Source: Strigamia acuminata (taxonomy: Eukaryota). From it: a stretch of DNA of 64,000 nt. Made by a program: the position numbers and the translations under genes. The DNA lies in NCBI GenBank assembly GCA_949358305.1, contig OX442314.1:23312001-23376000 (forward strand), given 5' to 3'. Below the pieces are notes generated by a model. That model was not told where the DNA came from. It was given only the letters and a program-made list of their open reading frames with translations, and made no database searches. Numbering within the stretch: the stretch's first letter is position 1; every line of letters begins with the position of its first letter. Of the stretch, positions 1-13,148 are shown piece by piece.

Positions 1-963
1 TGGCCTGAAATTAATTTTTTCGACTTAAAATTAATTTTTTTGGGCTAAAATTAATTTTAGGACAAAATAATAAAATAAAATTTTATTAAAATTGAAAGTA
101 AAAAACTAAAATAAGAATAAAAGGAAAAGTGCATTAAAAACTTATAAATATTTTGATTACCGTTGATGCAATGTTGCTGTAATATTCGGTATTGGTGCGA
201 TATTTCGTATTGATGCGATTCGCGGTATTCATGTGGTATTGCAGTATAGGTGCGGTATTAGCGATATTGTGGTGAATCACAGTCATTGCGGTATTTGGTG
301 GTTTTTGGTGCATACCGTAAAGCACTCATGCAAAAAAATTACTGCACAAGCCTAGCGGCCGGTATCTTGATACTAAATTCGTACTGCGCATCCCATTCGG
401 GGCAGATAATTTTCTAATTCCAGTTGTTATTTAGCAGTATTGAGTCTAATATTAGGCCTAATAATGCTAAAAAGTGTTGTGACCCCAAATATCTTTATAT
501 TTGAGTGTAATTTGATAATATTATGTAATTTTTCTCACTCTTGTCCATGCTCTTGGTTAGAGACATAACCCGTTGCTGCTACCATAGTAACAAAACTACC
601 AGAATTAGGGGGTTGCTACGGCTAGCTCTTAATGAGAACTGTTGCTAGGCACGACGTGTGCCAGACTCACGCCACACATGCTCATAGGCTGTTTTTCCGG
701 CCAGATTTTGATGTAATATTGTATTTATTACTGACGCTTTGCTTTCGACTTACTACATTCACCTCGTTGTCATACCTCTGCTACAAACGCATTGTCCTTA
801 CTGGTGATTTTGTGAAAACAACGAAGATTTGACCTGATTTATCCGATCGGACGTGCATCCGATAAATTCTCTACTGGGCCTCCTAGACGAAGGGCTGCAG
901 ACCGACCCTGCCGCCTATGACGACGTTTGACGACTGATCCTGCTCCTGAGCTGACGGTAATTG

Positions 964-2320
964 CAAATTCCTGGAATGCACTCACCCAATTTCACTTTCT
1001 TTAACTGATTCTGTTAGTATTCAGTTTGTATCCATTTGTGATGCACAAATGGACGTTTGTATTGGTCTACAAAAGCCAAAAAATTCCGATGTCAAATGCG
1101 ACATTTCCCTTTCGTATGAAAGTTTCAGACGACTGCTTTCAGACGACGTACCTATCGTTGAGAACAACGACGAGGTTATGTTGATTCTCCTAAATACTTT
1201 CCCGACCTTCAATGACCTTTCCTAACCTTTCCCGACCTTCAGCGACCTTTCCCGACCTTCAATGACCTTCCCTGACCTTCAACTACCTTCCCGGACCTTT
1301 AACGACCTCTGACCTTCCCTGACCTTCAACTAACTTCCCGGACCTTTAACGACCTCTGACCTTCCCTGATCTTTTCCTACCTTCCCCGACTTTCAACAAT
1401 CTTCAACGACCTTTAATGATCGTTTCCGACCTTCAACGACCTTTTCCAACCTTCAACGATCTTTTCCGACCTTTCCCGACCTTCCCCGATCTTTCCCGAC
1501 CTTCAAAGACTTTTCCCGACCTTCAACGACCTTTCCCGACCTTCAAAGACTTTTCCCGACCTTCAAAGACTTTTCCCGACGTTCCCCGATCTTTAATGGC
1601 CTTTCCTGACCTTCAACGACCATCCCGGACATTTAACGACCTTTTCTGACTTTTCCTGACCTTTCCTTTCCTTCTTTGATCTTCAACAATCTTACTCGAT
1701 TTTTAACGACTTTCTTCGACCTTCAACAACCTTTCTCGACCTTCAACGACCTTTGATTTTTCCCAACTTTCAATGACCTTCCCCGACCTTCAACAACCTT
1801 TCCTGACCTTTCCCGACCTTACCTCGCCTTTCCCTACTTTCTCCGATCTTCAATGACTTTCAATGATTTTCCCCGACCTTCAACGACCTTTACAGACCTT
1901 TTCCGACCTTCTCCTACCTTCCCCGACCTTTCACGACCAACTCCAACCTTCCCTGACCTTTAACGACCTTCCTCGACCTTCAATGATCTTTAACGACCAA
2001 TATAAACGTCAGAATCAGTTAAGAAAAGTGAAATTAGGTGAGTGTATTCCAGCGTCAAGTTGGCAGAACATACCTTTTTCTGAGTGTCCGGAACTGATCA
2101 AATCGATTTTGTGGCTTTTGTAGACCAATACAAACGTCAATTTATGCATTACAAATCAGTACTAACCGAGTACTAACAGAATCAGTTAAGATAAGTTAAA
2201 TCGGGGGCGTGCATTCCATCGTCAAGTTGGCAGCACACTTTCTAGAATTAGTTGCAAAGCAATACAAACGATAATTTATACGTTACAAATGAACACTAAC
2301 GGAATACTAACAGAATCTGC
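964..2320. repeat. Foldback-like repeat: inverted arms flanking a ~10-bp-unit minisatellite (1198-1998, cccgaccttc/aacgaccttt)
   Basis: Left arm 964-1090 (ttaactgattctgttagtatt...acgtttgtattggtctacaaaagcca) is reverse-complementary to partial copies at about 2009-2050, 2105-2220 and 2255-2320. Confidence 0.75.
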
Positions 2321-2368
2321 AGAAAAAAGTTCAAATTTGCAAAAGTATGCTTTAGGCAAATGGTTTCA

Positions 2369-2835
2369 ACCTTTCTCAACGAAATTAAGCGCATGGCCCG
2401 TCTAAATGGAATAACTCCTCAAGACACTCAAGAAGTTAGTTCCCAAATCTCTGATTGCTCGAGCCGAAAATTGGTTTATTTGATAATTGGAACCAATTTG
2501 TTAAAGGATTCATGAAGGAATACGCCGAGCCGACTGAAGACATTTTTTGATTATGGGATGATCTTAAGCAATCAGCTGGAGAAGACATCAGATCTTATCT
2601 GAGAAGAGCTGAAGAACCATTATCCTCCCTACCAACAGAATTGAATGATCTAGAAGTACTTGTAGACAGAAAATTCCTAAAAGGAATGACTGCGTATTCA
2701 AGAAGTATATTGTTGAATGTGGATGCTCCATCCATAGGATCTTTCCAAGAGCTTTCCCAATTTTTGAGAGATAATCAATTAAAAATTGAGGAAAAATACA
2801 ATGAGTACTTAACACGGGAGGAAATCAATCCTTAG
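2369..2835 (+). pseudogene. Decayed Ty3/Gypsy gag capsid fragment
   Basis: Translates as TFLNEIKRMARLNG..KKLVPKSLIARAENWF*..NWNQFVKGFMKEYAEP..*LWDDLKQSAGEDIRSYLRRAEE..DRKFLKGMTAYSRSILLNVDAP..SFQELSQFLRDNQ, with stops and frameshifts. It is collinear with the Gag capsid region of the intact element (HKLIPKMLVGSATNWF..WNEFVKSFMKEYGE..GEDIRSYLRRTED..DRKFRNGLTPFS). Confidence 0.85.
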
Positions 2836-3576
2836 CCGAACTCCCACCATGAAATTGCAAGATTTCACTTTCTTTGTGTATTTACACATTGCGCAGCAAT
2901 TCGTTCTGGCCATCTTTTGCGCTCGAACAACACTCTTTGCTTCCCCCACTTTTTCTTTTATTCCTTTGTTTCCTTCTAACCGTCATTTTTCTTTGTTTAG
3001 ATTAATAAAATACTCATTCATTTTTAATTCACTTTTGTATTACTCATTTAATCCCTAGACATAACTTTTAAGGCCAAAAAAATCGATAGAAGACCTGAAA
3101 CGGCATTCAACTGGTTCTGCCACTTGAATTCCGGGACTAATATAAATCAAACTTGTCATTTGGAATATCCAGGAATGCAGCAAAATAAGATAAATAAATA
3201 AAAATATTTTGGTTCTACAAGTACGCTGTAAATTACTTTTATTTTTGAGTTTATTGTTGTTTATTTTAGCATTATTAGGCCTAATATTAGGCTTAATACT
3301 GCTAAATAACAACAGGAATTAGAAAATTGTTTGTGCAGAATGGGATGCACAGTACGAATTTAGCATCAAGATACCGGGCGCGAACCGTCGTTTATACAGA
3401 ACTTAAACGTAATATGTGAATCTAGAATATCTATGAAGCAGTTTTTCATTTGATATGACAGCTGGAAAAACCATGAAAAGAGCGGCGGCTTTAGCTTGAC
3501 AGAACCTAAGCAGATGTGCGGAATAAGGAAAATTGCCTGAGTTATTTTTTTCTTACAATTGTGGAAAGTTCAAAAT

Positions 3577-4461
3577 TAGGGTTTTGGTCCTGGGAAACCG
3601 GATGGAAAATTACGGAACCGGGAACCGGGAAATCTGAAAAAGATTCTGGCCAGAATAACAGAAATAACACTTCGTCATTGCGACTTTACGAATCATGAGG
3701 TCGCAATGACGAACATGGTCGGTCTACACATGACATATTTCATCATTTTAGACATTTTTTTGTCTATTCTTCGTCATTTTAGATATTTTCTTGTCTATTT
3801 TTCATCATTTTAGACATTTTCTAGTCAATTTTTTTTCATTTTGGACATTTTCTTGTCTATTTTTCGTCATTTCAGACATATTTGTAATTATTTTTCATCA
3901 TTTCAGACATATTTTTAACTATTTTTCTTTATTTCAGACATTCTTTGTGGATAATTAGTCATTTTATACTTTTTTTTGATGAATATTTCATTGTTTTAAA
4001 TGTATTTAGATGGATATTTCTTTGTTTTAGACGTCTTTTGATGAATATTTCTTTGTTTTAGACGTCTTTTGGAACATATTTCATTCTTTAGCCATCTAAA
4101 ACAAAGAAAAATCCATCAAGAAAACGTCTAAAAACCATTAAAAATCCAACAAAAATGCCTAAAATGATGAAAAATGAATTAAAAAATGCCTAAAATGATG
4201 AAAAATCAATTTAAAAACGCCTTAAATGATGAAAAATCATTGAAAATCATCGAAAATAATTATGATATCGAGAGTACTGACGTCATTCCCATTGAATAAC
4301 ATGTTATTCAATGAGAATGGGAATGACGTCACGTGCAAACACGAAACGAGTTTTGCATACGTTTTAGACTTATTGAATGCACCTACTGATTTCCTAGGAA
4401 TACCAGCTATTTTGGTACCGGGGACCGGTAATTAAAAAAAGGTGGGAAAACAGAAACCCTA
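3577..4461. mobile_element. Non-autonomous hAT-type element (MITE)
   Basis: Termini TAGGGTTT...AAACCCTA. Exact 8-bp TSD TTCAAAAT at 3569-3576 and 4462-4469. Internal ~30-bp tandem repeats occur in both orientations. Confidence 0.85.
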
Positions 4462-5317
4462 TTCAAAATACATTCGTAAATTTCTGAATGAATATGCAAA
4501 TGCATTTAACACCGATCCGAGCAACACAAGTGAGGAAATAAAAAATAAAAAAATATGTATTTTTTCCGGTGGAAAGATTACAAATTAACTTTATCAAAAA
4601 TAACATTTATTTTATTACTTTCCTTGTAATTTATTATATTTTTACACAATTAAATATTTGGAATCAGCTGCTAAAGTTTTCATCTTCCAGCTGCAATCCC
4701 ACCAAGTAATAAGGCACAGAGTCCTTCGACCTTATCACTATCATTATTGCGTTATACACGCAATGCATACAGAATAAAAGTTTTTAATGCACCTAAATCG
4801 ATATACCAGGGTAATAAATTATATGAACGCCACAAATTAAGAAAAAAAATTTTTTTATTCTCTTCAAAGTTGAAGTTTAGCAATGGTTAACTCGCAGAAA
4901 TTGCTTATCGACTTTCCACTCTAATGGCTATAATTGGTGCAACGTTTCGTGTAGAAAAACTCAATCGGAACGGATGTATATTTTGGAATGAAACCAACCA
5001 GTGTTTTGTTACTATGGAACTTAGTTGCTATGTCTGTAGAAAAATAATAGAATCAAAAAAAATATTATTTATGCCAGGATTTCGGAAATCAGACCAGCTG
5101 TGCTGTGAGTGTGAAGTAATTCATCATTCTTCACAACAAAATTTCCTGTTTCTACCATTTCACAAAATGTGTCATCTGCAGTCATTTCCTCGTCAAATAC
5201 ATCTGATTGATATGTGTTATCTATATTATCACACACCCACAGCTTGTAATCTCGAAGTTCACCGAAGTGATGATAGACCTTTGATTTGGAGCAAGATTAG
5301 TGAGCAGTTGTCACACA

Positions 5318-6431
5318 ATGGCAGGAAACAGCGTCGCTACCAAACGCTTTTTCATTTTCATTCCGTTTGCTGCAATTATTTATCTCATATTTTACTATGG
5401 AACTATATTCGACGTGCGTGGCAATTTTTTGATTTCTCGCAGTTGTGTTTGCCAATCGATGGATACTGATTTACGAGTTGCATTTTCAAAAGGCAATTCC
5501 AAGTCCCGTTATTTCAGCTGTCCAATGACGGTTAATAACATTGGTGAGTTTACACATGATTGCATCTATTTTGCACGGATTCACGGTTAAACTACGATTG
5601 CTTTTTGTAGGTCGGTTGGGGAACGTGATGGGCCAATATGCCACGCTTATGGCACTGGTTCGACTAAATGGACACGCGCCGTATCAACAGGAATCGATGA
5701 AAACGGAATTGGATAAATATTTCAAGAGCTCGATGCCTGTGGTCAACGAAAAAGTGTACCAAAAGGTCAATTGGACTCGGCATCACATTCACGATTGGAT
5801 GAGCGATGAATATTCTGAATTTCCTTGCAACTTCACTTCAATTCATGGGTACCCGTGCTCGTGGACATTTTTCCATCACATGCGAGGTGATATCAAGAGA
5901 GAGTTTCAATTTCATAGCCAGATCATACGAGACACTCAAACACATTTGCGTACGTTAAGAAGGTCCCACGAAACGACTTTTATTGGCGTGCACGTGCGCC
6001 GAGCCGATTATGTGAATTTGATGAAAGATTCGTACAATGGTGTGTTGGCAAGTCCGGAATTTTTTTCTCAATCGATGAATTATTTCCGGAGTAAATTTAA
6101 GGATTGCATGTTCGTCGTGTGCAGCGATGACTTGGACTGGTGTAAAAAGAATATCGATAATAGTTCGAACGATGTGCATTTTTGTTGGAACGGTGATTCG
6201 AGCACGCCCGGGCGAGACATGGCACTGCTCACTCAGTGCAACCACAGTGTAATCACTATAGGTACTTTTGGCTTTTGGTCGGCTTATTTAGCTGGTGGAG
6301 AAGTGGTTTATTTGAGTAATTACTTGCGAAACACATCGAAATTTCATCAGGTGTTTCATTTTAATGCAGCTTACTTACCCGAATGGATTCCAATCGATGC
6401 TGATCTAAACTCTACACAGTGGCTTACATGA
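5318..6431 (+). CDS. Alpha-1,2-fucosyltransferase (GT11, FUT1/FUT2-like), copy A; exons 5318-5543 and 5611-6431
   Basis: Exon 1 encodes a type II TM anchor. A GT-AG intron splits the first Gly of GRLGN. Motifs GRLGNVMGQYATL, GYPCSWTFFHH, GVHVRRADY, LLTQCNHS.ITIGTFGFW.AYL.GG, YLPEW. Confidence 0.93.
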
Positions 6432-7167
6432 TGCTCTAGTTCAGATTGATTCTCAACATTTCCTTTGGTTTTGGTCTGCTAGTTTATATAGTCTATTAAT
6501 TTTGATTAATTACTGTAATTTTTATTGACTTGAATTGACCCTAAAATCGATCAATGGAATTTAGAGCTCATAACGCCTATAATTTCTGTGTTCTACTATC
6601 AATTGCTCTTTTTGTTGCAACATTTGACATTGTAAATTCCTTGTGATAGACGAAGGGCTACACAGCAATGAACTGAATAATAGTGAACGGAACTTGGAAT
6701 TCGAATTTGAACTGACACTTGAGAATGAATTCAGGCAAACAAATACAGTAGAGGTGGAAATCGAAAACAGATGCTAGAGCTTGGGGTTCCATTTTAAATT
6801 GTATTATTGTTTCATTTTTATTTGTGTTTGGATGGTTTGATGTTGTTACTATCATATCAGTATTTGGAGGACGAGGTAATTTTTTTATTTCTTTAACTTT
6901 TTGAAAGTATAAACCCAATAATAACTTTACACATAAGATAAAGTTATGATCTATAATATGATGCATTCTTTAAAAGCATAACCACTGTGCCATACCCAGA
7001 AGTAAACGAGTATTTTTGAAGATGGAGGAACAAATAGAAATAACAACACTGCATATCCGCATTGTTTGGAATTTCACTGCCGCGGCTACTATTTGAGAGC
7101 TTTTGTAACCAAACAGGAAACGGTCAATGAAACATTCGTTGGTGATGATGGTTATTCAGACAGAAAA

Positions 7168-7500
7168 TTTTAAACAAAGTGAAGTTTTAATAGAAAAAAT
7201 TAAAATTTCACTGAGAAAAATAAAATTTTAATGAAATAAGTGAAATTTCACTGAGAAAAATAAAATTTTAATGAAAAAAGTAAAATTTCACTGAGAAAAA
7301 TAAAATTTTAATGAAAAAAGTGAAATTTCAATCAAAAAAAGTGAAATTTTTCTGGAAAAAGTGAAATTCAAAGAAAAAATAGAAATTTCAGTTAAAATAT
7401 GGTAAACAATTGTAATAAGAGCCGCCCTCGATTAAGAGCCGCGGCTCAGGATGCCCGTTTTGAAGAAGAGTCGTGGCTCTTACTGGAGAAAATACGGTGT
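7168..7500. repeat. AT-rich ~39-bp tandem repeat followed by a pogo/Tigger-like MITE end
   Basis: Repeated aaatttcactgagaaaaataaaattttaatgaaaaaagt, then taagagccgc sub-repeats ending ...gaaaatacggt. Confidence 0.5.
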
Positions 7501-7798
7501 TGCAAAAAAAAAAATTTCTCTTGATGATAAGAATATTGCATTTGTAAAAATAAATAAAATTAATTTTCGTGAATTTTGTGAATTTATTTAATTTAGTTTT
7601 TTCGACATGTGGTCAATTTCTACTTGCCAAGTTTTTATTTGCTTCTATTCGCTATTGTCCATTTATGTACATGTGGCGCATATGTTTTTTTGATGACATT
7701 ACATCGTCACGACTATTTTTGATAACAGTTTTATAACCATGAGTTAACAAAATATTCAGATTTTGGTGCTGATTGCGTATGCTGTGTCTGTGTCTGTA

Positions 7799-8916
7799 AT
7801 GTCTAATATTAGGCCAAGTCTACGAATCATCAAATCTCTTTTTATTCTACTACTACTATGCATTGCGATTTTTTACTTAATATTCTGTCTTGATGTAATA
7901 TTCCAATCGCAGGACGACCTTCTAATTTCTCTCTCTCGGAAATGTGTTTGTCAATCAGAAAATAACGATTTACGAGTTGCATTTTCAATGAGTTCTTTGT
8001 CTATCAATTTCACCTGCCCTATGACAGTAAATAATAACGGTGAGTTTACAATAATTCATTTATTTTGCAAGTGAAACCCCGATTGCTTTTTGTAGGCCGG
8101 TTAGGAAACGTGATGGGCGAATATGCCACGCTCTTAGCATTAGCTCGAATTAATGGACACGCGTCGTACCAACAGCAGTCAATGAAAAATGAATTGAATA
8201 AATATTTCAATACCTCGATGCTTGTGGTCAACGAAAAAGTGTACAAAGAGGTCAATTGGACTCGGCATCACATTCACGATTGGATGAGCGATGAATATTC
8301 TGAATTCGGTTGCAACTTCATTTCAATTGAAGGGTATCCATGCTCGTGGACATTTTTTCATCACATACGAGACGATGTCAAGAGAGAGTTTCAATTTCAA
8401 CATGACATCGTGCGCGATGCGCAAGCATACTTGGGGTCACTAAGAAAATCGGACACCGCCACTTATATTGGCGTGCACATGCGCCGAACCGATTATGTGC
8501 ATTTGATGAATAATACTTACAACGGTGTGTTGGCAAGTCCGGATTTTTTTACTCAATCGATGAATTATTTCAGAAGCAAATTTAAGGATTGCGTATTTGT
8601 CGTATGCAGCGATGACTTGAACTGGTGTAAAAAGAATATCGATAATAGTTCGAACGATGTGCATTTTTGTTGGAACGGTTATTCGAGCACGCCCGGGCGA
8701 GACATGGCACTGCTCACTCAGTGCAACCACAGTATAATAACTATAGGTACTTTTGGCTTTTGGTCGGCTTATTTAGCTGGTGGAGAAGTGGTTTATTTGA
8801 ATAATTACTTGCGAAACACATCGATATTTCTTGATGTGTTTCATTTTAATGCGGCTTATTTACCCGAATGGATTCCCATTGATGCTGATTTAAATTCCAC
8901 AAGTTGGCTTAGTTAG
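7799..8916 (+). CDS. Alpha-1,2-fucosyltransferase (GT11), copy B; exons 7799-8039 and 8096-8916
   Basis: Same two-exon layout and intron position as copy A. Motifs GRLGNVMGEYATL, GVHMRRTDY, CNHSIITIGTFGFW. AATAAA follows the stop. Confidence 0.93.
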
Positions 8917-9123
8917 TTGATATTAAAGTATTTTTCCTAATAAAATAAAATTTGATTTTTTTATTGTCGGCATCCGATTGATTTACAGCATTTCCTGCTG
9001 CTATTTCCCATGCTCTTAATAGACTTTTATCAAATTCTTGTGTGTTTAATTATTGGTTATATAGCTCGGTGATCTTCATATTGCAACTCATTCGTTTAAG
9101 ACTTGTGTTTTGTTGCACAGAAA

Positions 9124-10832
9124 ATGAAGTCGCTTAAAGGCAATCTTTTTATGCTTACTGTGGGTGTGAATGCTCAACAAGAGCGTAAAATTGATGCGCA
9201 GTTGTTAAGTTGGAAGATGATGAGAAAACTTATGTGGTCAGTGATTTTTCTCGTCTGTTTAAGTCTTATTTCTCTACAAGTTGTCGATAGAATGACGTAT
9301 TACGCGAACACACCACTTTCAACCAACGTGCAGGTATTGTGTCGCGCAGTAAAACCAACTTTTGCTATATTTTAGTTGCGGTCATTTCACGCATTTGTCT
9401 TCGTACCAAAATTAGGTAATTAGAAACCTATCGATGCAGCTTCCTCGCATTACAATTTGCCCATCCGACTACAGACGACCAGATGTCGAGAAAGAAATGC
9501 GGAGCAAATTATCCACAATTCTAGAAAAAAAAATAACTTCGTACGATTTGATTTTGTTGCAAAACAATATGACGCAATTGTGGGATACGTTTTCTTATAA
9601 ATTAAGCGATGTTATCAAAGCGGTAAAAAAAAAATAAGTAAAAAATATTATGAAATTTTTATTCATCTATTTTCTGACACCGGCATAATAAATACCAGTG
9701 TATTTTTGGCGATGAACCCTGTGAAAAGAATGGTATGTGGCAACCATTTCCGTCAATTCGAGGAAACTGCTTCACTTATTATGCCGGTTTGCGACACTAA
9801 CTTGTATGTCAGGGTATTTCCCTGAATTGCTGACATTTATTTTAACAGATGCCTCAATCAGGGGAACTGGACCGTACAACGGAATTTATTTATTGCTACA
9901 CGATACGGTGGTGCGCGAACCAAGAGACCCATTTGCGTGGAGAGTGAGTTCAATTCAATTGCACACCCATTCACATACCTAATTTATTTCAATAAAAAAT
10001 TCTGCAGTTAAGTAAATGGAAATTGTTTGTTAGCTTTTAATTCACAGTGCTCGCAACGATCCTTTACTGGAAACGTTTTCCGGAGGGATTTTCGTGTATA
10101 ACGAATTCTTTTATGATATTCGCTTAAAGCTGAAAAAGGTGAGCATAGAAATCATTGCATTAGATTTTATTATCAGTCATCATATTTCCGTACGCATTTG
10201 TTCTCTTACAACACCTGGATCGATTTATCTTACTCATCCATCCGTATTTTATTGTTGCGCAACGAATGATTCATTCATCATCAAATTGTTTTTCTGTTTG
10301 TTTAGTTCCAACATGTTAACACCACCAAGAAGCCCTGTAGTGATATTTCTACATCCGGTTGCGTGGTTAATTGTCTAAAAAGTGAAATCGAAACTGCAGT
10401 CGGTTGTAGGTAAATTGCTTGTCTTTGACGTTGACGTTTATTTACATCGTCCATCTTTGAAGTCTCCCATTTATGAATTCTTCCACAACGAATTTCTGCA
10501 TCTCGCCTAAAGACTTCGAATTATGCGATAAATTAATCGCGAATCGGATCCAGAGCGCGGATCCAAGCTGTGCGTGCGTGCAAGAATGTCAACACGATTG
10601 GTTCGAAGCGAACGTCGATTCGAGTCCGTGGCCAACCGCTCGAAATGCGACACGTGTGCGCATATTTTACGACAGTTTTATCTACGAGGACACACGAGAA
10701 ACACATCTGTATGGCTTGGTTGCCATGTTATGCGACATTGGTGGCAGTGTGAGTCTGTTTTTAGGAGCGTCCGTCTTCACACTACTTCAATTAGTGGAGA
10801 ATTTCATTTTTAAAATTAAAAAAAAAATTTAA
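9124..10832 (+). CDS. DEG/ENaC (pickpocket/ASIC-like) sodium channel subunit, multi-exon; 5' end uncertain
   Basis: TM1 (KLMWSVIFLVCLSLISLQV..YY..P), post-M1 LPRITICP, Cys-rich thumb (CACVQEC), SSPWP, and TM2 LCDIGGSVSLFLGASVFTLLQLVE containing the GAS filter. Confidence 0.85.
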
Positions 10833-11059
10833 ACCCGAAATAAATTCATGTGTATTACATATAATTAAAGGAAAAATTACATCTCGTTTGCTTGAAAACA
10901 CTTTAATGCTACAATTTCTTTTCTTCCTTATTTCACATAGGTATTTAAAAAAAAATATTTGTAACTACCATAATTTGTGGTTTTGTGATTTTCAATAAAA
11001 CAGTCTGTTGTGTGTGCTGCCATCTATGAATGATGGAAAAAGTTGAAAACACTCAAAAC

Positions 11060-11777
11060 TCACTTATTTTTATGCAGACGAGTGTTTAAGTCAAACAGCT
11101 GTTGTAAAAATCCATTATTCGGAGTGATATCTCTGTGTTTCCGTACCGCGCGAATTGCATCCTCTGCTGTGAATCCCTTTCGCATCATTAAATACGCTAG
11201 AACAATTGTGGCTGAACGACTTATTCCCATATAGCAATGGACGAAAACTTTTCCTTAAAAAATATATTTAAAAATAAAAATTTAAAATATAAATATTTTT
11301 TTTTTAAAAAAACCACCTCCATTATTCAACGCCTTTTCGATAAAATTTGCACATTCGTCAAAATAAATTGAAATATTCGTGTCAGGAGTGTCCATCAATC
11401 GCAGGCCAAGAAATTTGATGCCTGATGGTTTGTAATAATGTTCATTTGTGTCCACTTGGGCTATTTTGGTGCCTTGGGCAGTGTTAATTACATGCGTTAT
11501 ACCAACGCTTGTCAGGTATTCTTTGGTTGTTGCTGTTATTCTATAAATTAAATTTCTTTTTATTATTTTTATCCAGTTTAAATTTTCCATGATTTATTTT
11601 TTATTTCATTCATTACCCATCTCCTATGAAAATTCCTGGGTAGACTTCATCACAGTCGATTCGTTCACGAATGAAATTGCACTCAAAAGCGGTCGATACT
11701 CGCTTGTAGGACGGCTGTGGTTTTGTTTCCCATATCACCTTGAGTAGGGAGCGATAAGAGTCCTGAGAAGCCGCCAT
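11060..11777 (-). CDS. Atypical dual-specificity phosphatase (DUSP3/VHR-like), copy A, 3 exons
   Basis: [24 protein letters not shown], catalytic [28 protein letters not shown]. Confidence 0.9.
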
Positions 11778-12465
11778 GACCTTCGCGGGATGCGCAGTTC
11801 TTAGGGAAATTCAACACGGAAGAATAGCTTGAGGATTATGTAATTTAATTTTTGTGTCATCGAATTTCAAATTGTACGCAAGGTTTTAGTTTTACAATTA
11901 ATCGAGTTGATCAATTCGAAAATTTAATTTCAATGTTTCGTGTCGGAATCATTGGAAAAATCAAATATTTTACCATAAAATAGCAGACGATTCATTAAAA
12001 TTCTACGTACTGTAACTGCGAGTCAACCATCTTTTTTTTGACGTCACTAAATCTCGTTGCCACATTCGCTACACCATAACTAGACTTGTACAATCTTACG
12101 GTTAGTGAGAGGTGCCATTTTGATTCCCATTCCCAGTTTTGTCTAGTCAAAACAAAATCAGCATCATTTTACAAGATCAATATTGTATTACCTTCTGTTG
12201 ATATTTCTCATGCATTCAAACCAAATTTATTCCATTTTTATTTAAATTTTCTTTTTATTGTCAATTGGACAAATGTTTATCACCATCAATTGTATTGGAG
12301 AAATCAGCAAAAAACAAACATAAAAAAACCAGTTGAATATTTATAGATTATTAACCTTTAAATCTATTTTCCTTACATTTATATTCACATTTTTTAATAT
12401 AAAAGTAATTTATTTCTTTGGTGCCATCTATGAATGATGAAAGGAGTTAAAAAATAACATTCCAA

Positions 12466-13148
12466 TCAGAGCTTCGTGTTAAGACGGATATTTAAATCAA
12501 ACAACTGTTGTAAGAATCCATTATTCGGAGTTATCTCTCTGTGTTTCCGTACAGTGCGAATTGCATCCTCCGCTGTTAATCCCTTTCGCAGCATTAAATA
12601 CGCTAGAACGATTGTGGCTGAACGACTAACTCCCATGTAGCAATGAACGAAAACTTTCCCTTTTAAGTAAAATTAAAATTAAAATCATACAAAATAAATT
12701 TATAAAATTATTTTTTAAAATCAACCTCCACTATTCAACGCCTCGTCAATAAAATCTGCACATTCGACAAAATGAACTGAAATATTCGTTTCTTCGGTGT
12801 CCATCAACTGTAGACCAAGAAATTTTATCCTTGAAGACTCGTAATAATGTTCGTTTGTGTCCACTTGGGCTATTCTGTTGCCTTGTGCAGTGTTGATTAC
12901 GTGTGTAATGCCAACGCTTTTCAGGTATTCTTGGGCTGTTGCTGTTGTTCTGGTTTTAAAAAAATATAAATGTTGATTTTTTTTTCAGTTTTGAATTTTA
13001 TTTTGATTCATTACTCATCGCCCATGAATATTCCTGGGTAAACTTCGTCGCAATCGTAGGGAGATGAGTTCCTCGAGGTTGATGGTTGAGGTGTTGTTTC
13101 CCATATTACTTTTAGGAGGGAACGATAACAGTCTTGGGATGATGCCAT
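12466..13148 (-). CDS. Atypical dual-specificity phosphatase (DUSP3/VHR-like), copy B, 3 exons
   Basis: [58 protein letters not shown]. Same intron positions as copy A. Confidence 0.9.

Larger units (their letters stand above)
355..3380. repeat. ~115-bp inverted repeat pair (about 355-472 and 3264-3380) enclosing ~3 kb of decayed repeats
   Basis: ggtatcttgatactaaattcgtactgcgcatcccattc...attaggcctaataatgctaaaa near 361-472 is the near reverse complement of ttttagcattattaggcctaatattag...gtacgaatttagcatcaagatacc near 3264-3375. No TSD recognised. Confidence 0.7.

Noticed and set aside
1198..1998. ORFs 1416-1649 and 1863-2123; possible CRISPR-like array
   Set aside because: Degenerate 10-bp minisatellite with no unique spacers; the peptides are translation artefacts.
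4924..5469. 181-aa ORF overlapping FUT A exon 1
   Set aside because: No motifs, different frame from the TM exon, and not preserved at copy C.
5955..6245. Conserved antisense ORFs in all three FUT copies
   Set aside because: Shadow of near-identical sense coding sequence.
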